IMG/VR virus record: IMGVR_UViG_3300048080_000167
Coordinates: 1-56,185 of that record
Length of the DNA: 56,185 bases
Source of the DNA: a virus
Strand: one strand, 5' to 3'
The notes under the pieces are model-generated. The model ran no database searches, was not told where the DNA came from, and saw nothing but the letters and a program-made list of their open reading frames with translations. Position numbers and translations under genes: made by a program. Below are positions 23,771 to 32,357 of this stretch, one piece after another (position 1 is the stretch's first letter; every line of letters begins with the position of its first letter).

Positions 23771-23844
23771 TGATCGGGCTCGGCGCCGAGCTGCTGGTCG
23801 GGCTCGGCTGCCTGCTCTGGTGGCTCTCGTGGTTGACGTTGTAG
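23770..23844 (+). CDS. 24-aa hydrophobic micro-protein (MIGLGAELLVGLGCLLWWLSWLTL), tentative
   Basis: ATG overlaps the upstream TGA (TGATG). High GC3. It is also the C-terminus of the spanning ORF 23380..23844. Confidence 0.4.
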   Translation: MIGLGAELLVGLGCLLWWLSWLTL

Positions 23845-24461
23845 CCGAGAGCGATCCGCGACTGGCGCGGCTCGACTCGCTCCCGGTACGGTTGCGAGCC
23901 TTCGACCTGCGCGCCGGCTCGGCCCGGCAGGTAACGATCTGCACCCGGGCGAGCGGCGAAGAGCCGGAGCGCGCTACCTATGCCGCGCGCGCGATCGCCT
24001 ACGCGCTCGGCGCTCCGGCACCCCCGACCCCGGGCGTCTCGACGTTTCGCCTGCACTCGGGCGCGACCTGCACCGTGGTCTCTCTCTTCGATGCTACGAG
24101 CGGGATCTCGTGGCGGCCGGGCTCGGCTCCGGCCGGCGACTTCGTCGTGGGCGTGCAGGCGATCGCCGGGCTGGCCTATCTCGTGCTGGGCTATCTCGGG
24201 CACCACGCACTACTCGAGGCTGCCCGGCTCGTGCGACCCCGGAGCCGGGGCAAGGTCGCGACCCCGGACGTCGACACGGGCCCGGCCACCCACCTGCTCG
24301 ACCGGGGCCGGCTCGAGCGCTTCCCTGCGCTCATGCGCGCGGAGCTCCTCTCGGAAGCTCCGGTGCAGGGGCTCGGCGCCTGCCGGGGCTGTGGCTGCCT
24401 GATCCTGCCCTGGACGGCGCATAACTGCTTGGCTCCGGCGTGCCAGAGAGCCGAACCGTGA
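23829..24461 (+). CDS. Hypothetical protein with a central hydrophobic segment and C-terminal Cys cluster
   Basis: GTG 23829 within track ORF 23748..24461. AIAGLAYLVLGYLG hydrophobic stretch. CRGCGC...C..C near the end. Confidence 0.5.
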   Translation: MVDVVAESDPRLARLDSLPVRLRAFDLRAGSARQVTICTRASGEEPERATYAARAIAYALGAPAPPTPGVSTFRLHSGATCTVVSLFDATSGISWRPGSAPAGDFVVGVQAIAGLAYLVLGYLGHHALLEAARLVRPRSRGKVATPDVDTGPATHLLDRGRLERFPALMRAELLSEAPVQGLGACRGCGCLILPWTAHNCLAPACQRAEP

Positions 24462-24724
24462 GGACGCGACTGCAAGCGCGACGGGAACAGCTCTGGCTCT
24501 CCCAGGCCGATCTCGCCAAGGGGGCCGGCGTCGCCGTGCGCACGGTGCACAGCCTGGAGCACGGGACCGCCTGCCGGCGCGAGACGGTGCGATGCCTGCT
24601 CGTCGCTCTCGGCATCCCCTGGGGCGAGCGCGAGGACTACTTCCGGCCCGTCTCGCGCACCGGGCGGCGTCGCCACGTACTCGTCTTCGAGCCGACGTGT
24701 CTGAGCACCCGGGAGGACAAGTGA
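24458..24724 (+). CDS. XRE/Cro-C1-type helix-turn-helix regulator
   Basis: GTGA overlap start. LQARREQLWLSQADLAKGAGVAVRTVHSLEHG is a classic HTH_3 pattern. Confidence 0.7.
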   Translation: MRTRLQARREQLWLSQADLAKGAGVAVRTVHSLEHGTACRRETVRCLLVALGIPWGEREDYFRPVSRTGRRRHVLVFEPTCLSTREDK

Positions 24725-25329
24725 GTCCCGAGATCGACTTCACCTCGCTTCAGGGCTGGCTCTTCGGCGAGCGGGATCGCGCCCTGGCCCCCGTGCTCGA
24801 GCCCGAGACGGAGCGCGCAAAGACGCTCGTGACGCTCTTCGACGCGCTCGGCCCGGAAATCTCCATAAGCTTGCGGAGCGTCTTCGGCTTGATGCTGGTC
24901 GCCGAGGACGAGATCGCGCTATCGCAGGCGAAGCTCCCGAAGGAAGCGCGCGACCTGCGCGAAGCGCTGCACCAGTGCTTCCTGCCCCTAGCGCCTTCCG
25001 ACCCGGTACAGATGTCAGAAAAGCTCTATCGCGCCCATTGTCGTGAGCTGCTGGCTCGCATCGTCTCGGGCTCGCGACTCGAGCCGGCGACCGATGCGGA
25101 AGTGGTCGGCGTGCTCTCGGGGGTCAGCCTGCGCGTGATGCTCCGGAGCGAAGCGATGCTGCTCTACCGGGTGCTATTTCGCCGGCTCTTCCCCGAGCAG
25201 GCCGACTCCGCGCTCGGCGAGCCGAACGCAGACGAACGGGATGCGTGGTGCCTGGAGCAGGCTAACCGCGTCCGCGAGGAGATCGCCGGCGCTATCGAGC
25301 GCGGCTGGCCCCGGCAGGGCTGCCCGTGA
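24721..25329 (+). CDS. Hypothetical protein coupled to the XRE regulator
   Basis: GTGA overlap start. 202 aa. No motif recognised. Confidence 0.5.
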   Translation: MSPEIDFTSLQGWLFGERDRALAPVLEPETERAKTLVTLFDALGPEISISLRSVFGLMLVAEDEIALSQAKLPKEARDLREALHQCFLPLAPSDPVQMSEKLYRAHCRELLARIVSGSRLEPATDAEVVGVLSGVSLRVMLRSEAMLLYRVLFRRLFPEQADSALGEPNADERDAWCLEQANRVREEIAGAIERGWPRQGCP

Positions 25330-25547
25330 GCCACCCGGTCGGCACCCCCTCGCTGAGCCGAGAAGCTCGGCAGCTCGCGCTCAAGCTCAGGAGGGGCCCG
25401 AGTCTGCTCACTAGGCTCTCGAAACTCGAGCTGGAAGCCGCGGCGGACCTGATCGTCCGGGGCTGGGCTACCTGGGAGGATCGTCTCGGCGTCGTGCATC
25501 TTGAGCTGAGCGAGTACGGGCGCGCGATCGCGCCGGGAGCGCCGTGA
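25326..25547 (+). CDS. Hypothetical small protein
   Basis: GTGA overlap. 73 aa. Confidence 0.5.
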   Translation: MSHPVGTPSLSREARQLALKLRRGPSLLTRLSKLELEAAADLIVRGWATWEDRLGVVHLELSEYGRAIAPGAP

Positions 25548-25864
25548 GCGAGAGCGCCGAGACGAAGCTCTGCGACGTGTGGGCGCAGCTCGCGCCCGGC
25601 TCCTACGTCTGCGTGGGCTCGCTGAGCGTCCGGATCATCGACGAAGCGATCGACTTCACGACCATCACCTACCACGTCGCGCTCGACTACGGGCAGAAAG
25701 CCATCACCCTGCCCGTGCTCCCCCGAGCGCTCACGTCGACCGATCGGCCCGTCGTGCTCGCCGAGCTGACCGATGTGGCCGCGATCATGCGGCTACCGGG
25801 CTTCACCCTCTACGTCGCCGGCTCGCCGTCGTCACCGTCGTCTCCGATCCGGAGGCTCAACTGA
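25544..25864 (+). CDS. Hypothetical protein
   Basis: GTGA overlap. 106 aa. Confidence 0.5.
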   Translation: MSESAETKLCDVWAQLAPGSYVCVGSLSVRIIDEAIDFTTITYHVALDYGQKAITLPVLPRALTSTDRPVVLAELTDVAAIMRLPGFTLYVAGSPSSPSSPIRRLN

Positions 25865-25937
25865 AGGAAAGAGCTTCTCGCGCTCGGGCGTAGGGTTTAC
25901 GCTGCGGGCTCTTCCCTAGAACGAAAGGAACCTCACC

Positions 25938-26498
25938 ATGCATCGTCTCGCGCTCTTCGCTCTCCTGCTCTCCCTGCCCTGCGGGCTCGTCGGCGGTAAT
26001 TGCCGCGAACATCAGAACAATCAGCGGAAGCCCGCCGACGTCGGCGTCGCCGTGCTTCAGCTCGGGCACGACGTCGAAGACGTCGAGCTGTCCGATCCCA
26101 CCGAGCGGATCAACCTGCGCTATTACGAGGAGCTCGACTACATCTACCAGGGGCGCACCTGCTCCGTCTCAGGCACGTTCAGCTACGATCCGATCGCCTT
26201 CGAGCTGGTCGACTGCCGGAACACCACCAACGCCGGCTACGAGCCGAACGTCGACTTCGCCTGTACCGTGCTCGAGCCCGGACTGCTTCAGATCGACGTC
26301 TGGAAGACGGACGGCGGCGCCTTCGCGAGCGACGATCATGAGCTGATGAAGACGGAGTTTGCCATCCTGACCGAGACTCCTGGCGACTACCTTGCGGTGG
26401 GCGTCTCCGGCAACGGGCGCTTCATCAACTCGCAAGGCGGCTGTGGCAACCTGACGAATCGGCTGGGCTTCGAGACGTCGATCTGGCGGGCGCAGTAG
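25938..26498 (+). CDS. Secreted protein / lipoprotein candidate (moron)
   Basis: N-terminal signal-like MHRLALFALLLSLPCGLVGGNC. Preceded by a 73-bp gap with its own RBS aaaggaa. GC is visibly lower than in the neighbours. Confidence 0.6.
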   Translation: MHRLALFALLLSLPCGLVGGNCREHQNNQRKPADVGVAVLQLGHDVEDVELSDPTERINLRYYEELDYIYQGRTCSVSGTFSYDPIAFELVDCRNTTNAGYEPNVDFACTVLEPGLLQIDVWKTDGGAFASDDHELMKTEFAILTETPGDYLAVGVSGNGRFINSQGGCGNLTNRLGFETSIWRAQ

Positions 26499-26791
26499 TG
26501 CCGAAGCTCGCGACAGGCGATCACGTCGAGCTGTACCTGGGGGCCGATGGCTGGCGATGGCGAGCCTACGCCAAGAACGGTCGCATCCTCGCCGACTCGG
26601 GGCAGGGCTACTCGCGCCGGATCGACGCGCTCAATGGGGCGCGCCGGGCCCTGCGGATCGGCTTCGCTTACGCCCGGATCGGCAACGTCATCCGTGGCTA
26701 CCGCCTCCATGCTACCACGCCGATCTCGCCTCCGCAGAGCCCCGGGCACGCACGCTCGCCGAGCTTCGCTCGCCGGCGCCTGCGGACATGA
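26498..26791 (+). CDS. DUF1508 (YegP-like) domain protein
   Basis: HVELYLGADGWRWRAYAKNGRILADSGQGYSRRIDALNGARRAL matches the YegP/DUF1508 repeat pattern. Confidence 0.6.
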   Translation: MPKLATGDHVELYLGADGWRWRAYAKNGRILADSGQGYSRRIDALNGARRALRIGFAYARIGNVIRGYRLHATTPISPPQSPGHARSPSFARRRLRT

Positions 26792-27057
26792 AGCGCTACG
26801 CGCTCGGCGCCGTAGGCTTCGGACTCGTGCGCGAGGACGGGCGCCTCGAGCGCTGCGTCGAGCGCTTCGACGTGCTGGGGCATGAGCGCGTCTACCTGCT
26901 CCGGCTCGCTCGCCACGAGCAACCCCTGCCCGATGGGCTCTCGCTGATCGGGCAGGAATCCGGTGGCGGCTACCGGGCGATCACCCACTCAGAAGTACGG
27001 TGGGAGGACTTCGACTACTACGAAGCACGGCGCCAGGGCCGAGGAGACTCATCATGA
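26788..27057 (+). CDS. Hypothetical small protein
   Basis: ATGA overlap start. 89 aa. Confidence 0.5.
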   Translation: MKRYALGAVGFGLVREDGRLERCVERFDVLGHERVYLLRLARHEQPLPDGLSLIGQESGGGYRAITHSEVRWEDFDYYEARRQGRGDSS

Positions 27058-27590
27058 TCGTGCTAGAAACGGCCGGCTGGCGCTTCGAGGTGGAGCCGAT
27101 CCTCGGCTGGGCCCGCATCCGGCTCCCGAACGGGCAGACACTTCACGTCGACTCCGGAGATCCCGACGCGCCCCGAACGAGCCACCAACAGCTCGTCAAG
27201 GATCTCTCGCGCGGGCTTGTGCTCGTCGAGTCGCCGGGTCAGCCGTCCGGGAGCCAGCTCTATTTCTCCGAGAATCGAGGCTACTACCGGCTGGCCGCCG
27301 AAGGCGGAGAGTGGCTCAGCATCCGGGCCTATCGCGAGATCACCGACCTGCCCGGCTGCTTCGCGCTCGTCTCGCGCCCCGACCAGCCGCTGCGGTGGCG
27401 GCGTGTGGAGCCGGCCGATCTGCTCCAACCGAGCGGCGAGAGCTTCGCGGTAGGCGCCGAGCACCCGCTCGTGAAGCAGTATTACCACTCGCAGGAGACG
27501 GGCTCTCGCACCTTCCCGTCGTCGTCGTCATCATCGCCGTCGCAGCCAGAGCCGGCTCCCCTGGCTGAACCCGGCGAGATCCCGTTCTGA
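27054..27590 (+). CDS. Hypothetical protein with Ser/Pro-rich tail
   Basis: ATGA overlap start. 178 aa. Confidence 0.5.
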   Translation: MIVLETAGWRFEVEPILGWARIRLPNGQTLHVDSGDPDAPRTSHQQLVKDLSRGLVLVESPGQPSGSQLYFSENRGYYRLAAEGGEWLSIRAYREITDLPGCFALVSRPDQPLRWRRVEPADLLQPSGESFAVGAEHPLVKQYYHSQETGSRTFPSSSSSSPSQPEPAPLAEPGEIPF

Positions 27591-28003
27591 TGACGCCCCC
27601 GGAGCCCGGGAGCTTCCTGGCCGGCCGGCTCGAGGGCGTGCTCGAGGGCCTGTCCGCCTGCGTTGAGCTCGCTCGCGTCGCCGAGCTACTAAAACTCCCG
27701 GCTCAGGACGTGCGCGAAGCGATCGAAGCGCTCCGGGACCGCACGAAGCCGGTTGAGATCGCGGAGGCGATCGCAGCTCCCAGTGAGATCCCCGAGACGT
27801 TCGGGCGCGTCGGCGACGTCATGACCTACTGCCGCTCATGGATCCGCGTGGCGCGCTACCTGCCTGACGGGCTCACGCTGCTCCGGGTCTACTGCCACCT
27901 GGAGCCGAAACACGACGCGGGGCACGAAGGCTCGCACCAGGGGAAACGCGTGCGCTGGGATCGTCAGCTAGACGAGCACGAGCGGCTGAGAGCCGAGCCG
28001 TGA
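27590..28003 (+). CDS. Hypothetical protein
   Basis: TGATG coupling. 137 aa. Confidence 0.5.
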   Translation: MTPPEPGSFLAGRLEGVLEGLSACVELARVAELLKLPAQDVREAIEALRDRTKPVEIAEAIAAPSEIPETFGRVGDVMTYCRSWIRVARYLPDGLTLLRVYCHLEPKHDAGHEGSHQGKRVRWDRQLDEHERLRAEP

Positions 28004-28176
28004 GACTGCGCGAGGCTGTCGACGTCGCTCTCGAGCCCGCCAAGTACCCGCGCAGGCGCCGGAGCGAGCCGAGCCGGAGCCTGCGCGCGCGCTACCGGAA
28101 AGCGGAAGGAGCCGCCCTGCGAGACGCGATCCGAGCCTTGATCGACGGGCTACTCGACTGCCGGGAGCTGCCGTAA
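28000..28176 (+). CDS. Hypothetical small basic protein (58 aa; below the ORF-track cut-off)
   Basis: GTGA overlap at the start and TAATG at the end. High GC3. Fills an otherwise empty 170-bp slot. Confidence 0.4.
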   Translation: MRLREAVDVALEPAKYPRRRRSEPSRSLRARYRKAEGAALRDAIRALIDGLLDCRELP

Positions 28177-28421
28177 TGGAGCGCGCGTGGTGCCATGGCT
28201 GCTGGCGCCCGGCGCTGTACGGCGACGCTCGCGCTCGAGCGCACGAGGAAGCCCGGGACCTAGGCCATCCCGAGCAGGGGCACGGCTCCTGGTGGAGCTA
28301 TCGAGACGGGCTCTACCTGAGCTGCGACGGGCGCCGACCGACCTTCGAGGAGTCCTCGGGCGAAGCCATCGGGCTCGCCGCGCTCGCGCGCGAGCAGGCG
28401 CGCCGGAGCACGACACCGTGA
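28176..28421 (+). CDS. Hypothetical small protein
   Basis: 81 aa, coupled at both ends. Confidence 0.5.
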   Translation: MERAWCHGCWRPALYGDARARAHEEARDLGHPEQGHGSWWSYRDGLYLSCDGRRPTFEESSGEAIGLAALAREQARRSTTP

Positions 28422-28678
28422 CGAAGTGTCGGCGTGGTGGGCGGTCTTGGAGCCTGCGCTGGCTAGTCGCGCCGCGGGATCTTTGGCTCGGGCTCTACTG
28501 GAAGCGAACGGCGCAAGCTGGGTTCTCGCCGCCGCGCCTCGACTTCTGGCTCTGTCTGATGCCGTGCTTCCCGCTGCATCTACGCGTGAAGCTGTCTCGC
28601 GACGAGGCGAAGGTCGAGGAAATGCGGGCAGAACATAGCCACGCTCGATATCGCGCAGAGCATGGCGCGGCACCGTGA
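28418..28678 (+). CDS. Hypothetical small hydrophobic/basic protein
   Basis: GTGA overlap start. Contains RDLWLGLYWKR...FWLCLMPCFPLHL. Confidence 0.45.
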   Translation: MTKCRRGGRSWSLRWLVAPRDLWLGLYWKRTAQAGFSPPRLDFWLCLMPCFPLHLRVKLSRDEAKVEEMRAEHSHARYRAEHGAAP

Positions 28679-29094
28679 CGAGCCAGGGCGACCTATTCGG
28701 TACGAAGCCCCCCAAGCCGACTCGCGCCGATCAGATCCTGGCGCGCTTCGTCGCGTGGTGCCGGGAGCATACATGCGCCTATCGCGAGATCGAAGCCGAT
28801 GCGCTCTCGCTCCTGGCCGGGCACGCCGGCCGGATCTCCTCGCGCGATCTCGCCTATCGGGCCCGGGCTCGCCGAGCCCTCGAGATCAATGACAACTTCA
28901 CGCCGTATCTCGCGCGTCTGCTCGTGCTCCGGCACCCACAGCTCGAGGAGCTCATCGAGCGGCGCAAGCGCCCGAGCGCCGAGAGCCCGGCATACCGGGT
29001 GGACCTAGACCGGGTCGGCACGACGGCCCCCGAGCCCGACGCCGAGCAGAGAATCGTGAACGCGCTCGCCGAGCTAGCGCGCGTGCTCGGCTAG
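28675..29094 (+). CDS. Hypothetical protein
   Basis: GTGA overlap. 139 aa. Confidence 0.5.
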   Translation: MTSQGDLFGTKPPKPTRADQILARFVAWCREHTCAYREIEADALSLLAGHAGRISSRDLAYRARARRALEINDNFTPYLARLLVLRHPQLEELIERRKRPSAESPAYRVDLDRVGTTAPEPDAEQRIVNALAELARVLG

Positions 29095-29099
29095 CCTAC

Positions 29100-29267
29100 G
29101 TGCTGAAGCGCTCCCGACCGAGCCCGGCCGAGCAGGACAAGCTGCGCCGGGTCCTCGCGAAGCTCCGGAAGGCGCTCGGCCGAGCCCCGGAGCGATCCCG
29201 GACGGCTCGCCGGCGGCGCAGGCTGACCGGGGGCACCCCGAACGCCCCGGCCCCGCCCCCGAGATAG
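29100..29267 (+). CDS. Small Arg-rich protein (55 aa; below the ORF-track cut-off)
   Basis: GTG at 29100. Very high GC3. The competing minus-strand ORF 29091..29402 looks like a shadow ORF. Confidence 0.4.
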   Translation: MLKRSRPSPAEQDKLRRVLAKLRKALGRAPERSRTARRRRRLTGGTPNAPAPPPR

Positions 29268-29504
29268 CGTCTCGTCGCTCGCCGGGGCTCCTGCGGTCAT
29301 GGGCTCCCTCGTCAGAGCAGGGGCTCTCGAGCGCGCAAGTCTGGGAAGCTGCACATGGAGATCAAGTAGCAGGGTCCGGGAGCCGGCAAAAATGGCGCCC
29401 ATGAAGCGGACTTAGCCCTCACTGGCCCTGCTCTCCGGGCGAGCTAGCGTCCTGCCCGGGGGGGCATACTGCGACGGGCCCCAGAGATCGAAAGGGGGAA
29501 CCCC

Positions 29505-30047
29505 GTGGCGAAAGCTCGGAAGAGCAGGCGACTGGCCGGCGAGCCCCCGAAGCCGCCCCACGAGATCGCCCGCCGAGCCCCGGGCATGCGCCGCGTCCGC
29601 AGCGGGAAGGTCGGCCGGCCCCGCGTCGAGATCGACTGGCCGACCGTCGCGCGCTACGTCGAGACGGGCAACAACCTGCACCAGATCGCGCACTACCTCG
29701 GGATCAACCGGGCGACGCTCTGCCGCAGGATCGCCGAAGAGCGCGAAGGGCAGGCTGCCGTCCGGCAGGCGCGCTTCACCTTCGTCGACCGTTGCCGCCG
29801 GGGGATCGTCGCGCAGGCGATCCGAGGCAACAGCATGGCGATCAAGCTAGTCGGGGCGAACGTGCTCCACTGGCGCTCGCGCGACGTCATCGGGCTCGAG
29901 CACGCCGGCGGGGGCCCCGTGCAGGCCGAGGTGACGGTCAAGACGCTCGCCGATCTCGCGACGCTCGCGCTCGGCTACGAGCCCGAGACGGAAGCGAAGC
30001 CCGCGGACGTCGCCGAAGACGACGAGCTCACGGGCCTTGACTTCTGA
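29505..30047 (+). CDS. terS: Terminase small subunit candidate (HTH-containing)
   Basis: RBS aaggggga followed by GTG. NLHQIAHYLGINRATLCRRIAEE is an HTH. Lies directly upstream of, and overlapping, the large terminase gene. Confidence 0.6.
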   Translation: MAKARKSRRLAGEPPKPPHEIARRAPGMRRVRSGKVGRPRVEIDWPTVARYVETGNNLHQIAHYLGINRATLCRRIAEEREGQAAVRQARFTFVDRCRRGIVAQAIRGNSMAIKLVGANVLHWRSRDVIGLEHAGGGPVQAEVTVKTLADLATLALGYEPETEAKPADVAEDDELTGLDF

Positions 30048-31530
30048 GCCCGAGATCCTGGCTCGTCTCCGGGGACGCTTCGGGCCCGGCGTCCCGCGCT
30101 CTCCGGCGGGGCGCTCGGCTGCCGTCGTCGAGCGCTGCCAGCTCGATCCCGCGTGGTTCTTCTCGACGATCCTCGGGGCTCATCCGTGGCCGGCGCAGGT
30201 CGCGATCGCCGAAAGCGTGCGCGACCACCGGCACACGGTGGTGCGATCCTGCAACGCCGCAGGCAAGAGCTACACCGCGGCTCGGATCGTCTGCTGGTGG
30301 CTCTTCAGCTTCGCCCCGGCGATCGCCGTCACCACAGCGACCACAGCTCGGCAGGTTCGGGGCATTCTCTGGAAAGAGATCAGGCTGGCCGCCGGTCGCT
30401 CGAAGCTCCCGCTGGGTGGTCGCGTGCTCACCCAACAGTGGCAGATCGCCGACGATCGTTTCGCGATCGGCTTCACGGCCCCCGAGTACGATCCCGAGCG
30501 CTTCTCGGGCTGGCACTCCGACCATGTGCTCGTCGTCATCGACGAAGCGTCGGGCGTCTCGCGCGAGATCCAGGAAGCATGCGACGCGCTCCTGTCGGGT
30601 GGGCATGCGCGAAAGCTCCAGATCGGCAACCCCGTCGATCCCACGAGCGCCTTCAGCGACGCGTTTAAGCAGCCGGAAGTCTCGAAGCTCCGGGTGAGCG
30701 CCTTCGAGACTCCTAACTTCACCACCTTCGGCATCACCGAAGGTCACATCCTCGACGGCTCCTGGTCGCGTCGGATCGCGGAGCCCCTGCCCTATCCGAC
30801 GCTGGTGACGCCGGAGTGGGTCGCCGACGTCTACGGGCGCTATGGCCGAGACAACCCCTACTGCGCCGCACGCGTGCGCGCCGAGTTTCCCACCTATGCC
30901 ACGAATCAGCTCATCCCGCTCGAGTGGATCGAAGCGGCGATGACTCGCACGCTCGAGCCGGGCTCGCCGATCGACGTGGCATGCGACCCGGCCCGGCTCG
31001 GCCCCGACGAAGCGATCATCTACACGCGCCGGGGCCCCGTGCTTCGCGAGAGCTGGTCGGCCCGGAGCTGCACGCTCACCCAGGTAGTCGGCGAGTGCAT
31101 CCGGGCCCTGCGCGTCACCGGAGCGCGGACGCTCAAGATCGACGAGGACGGGCTCGGCTCGGGTGTCGTCGATCGCTGCCGGGAGATTCTGGAGCACAGC
31201 GCCGTGACCGTGCTCGGGCTCCGTGGCGGCCTGCCCCCTCGAGAGCCGGAGCGCTATTTCAACTCGCGCGCCGAGTGGTACTGGGGCCTCCGCGACCGGC
31301 TCGAGGCCGGCACCATCGACCTGCCCCCGGACGATCACCGGCTCGCCGCTCAGCTCGCGGCCATCCGGATCGACCCGAAGGACAGCAGGGGTCGCCTCAA
31401 GCTAGAGTCGAAAGACGAGATGACCAGGGTGCGGAGACTCGAGAGCCCCGACCGGGCCGACGCGGCGGCGATGGCGTTCGCCGCAGAGCAGCAAGTCGGG
31501 GGCACGCTTGGGCCCGTCCGGCTCTGGTAG
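30037..31530 (+). CDS. terL: Terminase large subunit
   Basis: Walker A-like CNAAGKSYT. Walker B HVLVVIDEASGV. C-terminal nuclease-like region with acidic residues (IDEDGLGSGVVD). 497 aa. Confidence 0.85.
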   Translation: MTSEPEILARLRGRFGPGVPRSPAGRSAAVVERCQLDPAWFFSTILGAHPWPAQVAIAESVRDHRHTVVRSCNAAGKSYTAARIVCWWLFSFAPAIAVTTATTARQVRGILWKEIRLAAGRSKLPLGGRVLTQQWQIADDRFAIGFTAPEYDPERFSGWHSDHVLVVIDEASGVSREIQEACDALLSGGHARKLQIGNPVDPTSAFSDAFKQPEVSKLRVSAFETPNFTTFGITEGHILDGSWSRRIAEPLPYPTLVTPEWVADVYGRYGRDNPYCAARVRAEFPTYATNQLIPLEWIEAAMTRTLEPGSPIDVACDPARLGPDEAIIYTRRGPVLRESWSARSCTLTQVVGECIRALRVTGARTLKIDEDGLGSGVVDRCREILEHSAVTVLGLRGGLPPREPERYFNSRAEWYWGLRDRLEAGTIDLPPDDHRLAAQLAAIRIDPKDSRGRLKLESKDEMTRVRRLESPDRADAAAMAFAAEQQVGGTLGPVRLW

Positions 31531-31537
31531 GAGATCC

Positions 31538-32080
31538 ATGAGCGACGTCGACCACTCTCAGGAGATCACGCTCTGTCTCTACTATCGCGACGCCGAGCTG
31601 CACGGCGCGCGCCTGCTCTTTCACCTGCTCCGTCGCTTCGACGATCCCGAAGCTCAGGAGCTACTGACCGAGCACGTCGCCGACGAGACGCGCCACGCGT
31701 GGCTCTGGACCGAGCGCGCGCTCGAGCTGGGCGGTCAGGTCGCTCCTGTGTTCGACGGCTACCAGATTCGCATCGGGAAGCGCGTGGGTGTCGTGCGCGA
31801 TCTCGTCGACCTGCTCGCGCTCACCACGATCGTCGAGCAGCGCTCGCTTCGGCGCTATGCCGACCACCTAGGGCGCCGGGGCGTGCCCGAGCGCACGAGG
31901 GCCATTCTCCGCGAAGTCGTCCACGACGAAGGCTGGCACATCGAATGGGTGCGACGGAAGGGGCGCGCGCTCGACGTCGAGCGCTTCGATCTGGCGCTGG
32001 CTCGTTTCGCCGTCGTCGACGCGACCGTCACGGCCGAGCTAGCCGAGCGCGAGCAGGCGCTCATGAAACCGCTGGCGTGA
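31538..32080 (+). CDS. Ferritin-like di-iron-carboxylate protein (E...ExxH...E...ExxH)
   Basis: RBS aggag followed by ATG 31538. Ligand pattern: DAELHG, ADETRHAW, IVEQRSL, HDEGWHIEW. The family within the ferritin-like superfamily is not resolved. Confidence 0.6.
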   Translation: MSDVDHSQEITLCLYYRDAELHGARLLFHLLRRFDDPEAQELLTEHVADETRHAWLWTERALELGGQVAPVFDGYQIRIGKRVGVVRDLVDLLALTTIVEQRSLRRYADHLGRRGVPERTRAILREVVHDEGWHIEWVRRKGRALDVERFDLALARFAVVDATVTAELAEREQALMKPLA

Positions 32081-32252
32081 AGCCCCTGCGCTTCCAAGCT
32101 CTCGGCAGACGCCGAGCCCGGTCGCCGTGGGCAGGCTCGCGCCGTCACCCGCATACGCCGACCTGCGGCCCGTCTCGCCAGCGCCCCGACCGTTGCGGTT
32201 GCGGGGCCCGGCTCCGTGGAAAGTAGCTCGACCGGATAGGCTCCCGGCCGCG

Positions 32253-32258
32253 TAGACT
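32253..32258 (+). promoter_or_regulatory. -10-like hexamer TAGACT (GCGTAGACT) in the 277-bp gap upstream of 32358
   Basis: Same GCGTAGACT string as at 10140..10148. The -35 is weak. Confidence 0.25.
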
Positions 32259-32357
32259 CGGGGACGACGCGAGCGCCGGGGCTCGCTCTCCCGGGGGAGG
32301 TTCTGGGGGAGAGAGGGTCTATGGGACTGCCGGCGCTCGCGTCGACACGGAGAGGAC

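Noticed and set aside
29091-29402. 103-aa minus-strand ORF between the accessory operon and terS.
   Set aside because: It would be a lone antisense gene with no RBS. The plus strand carries a short, very high-GC3 ORF (29100..29267) that fits the operon.
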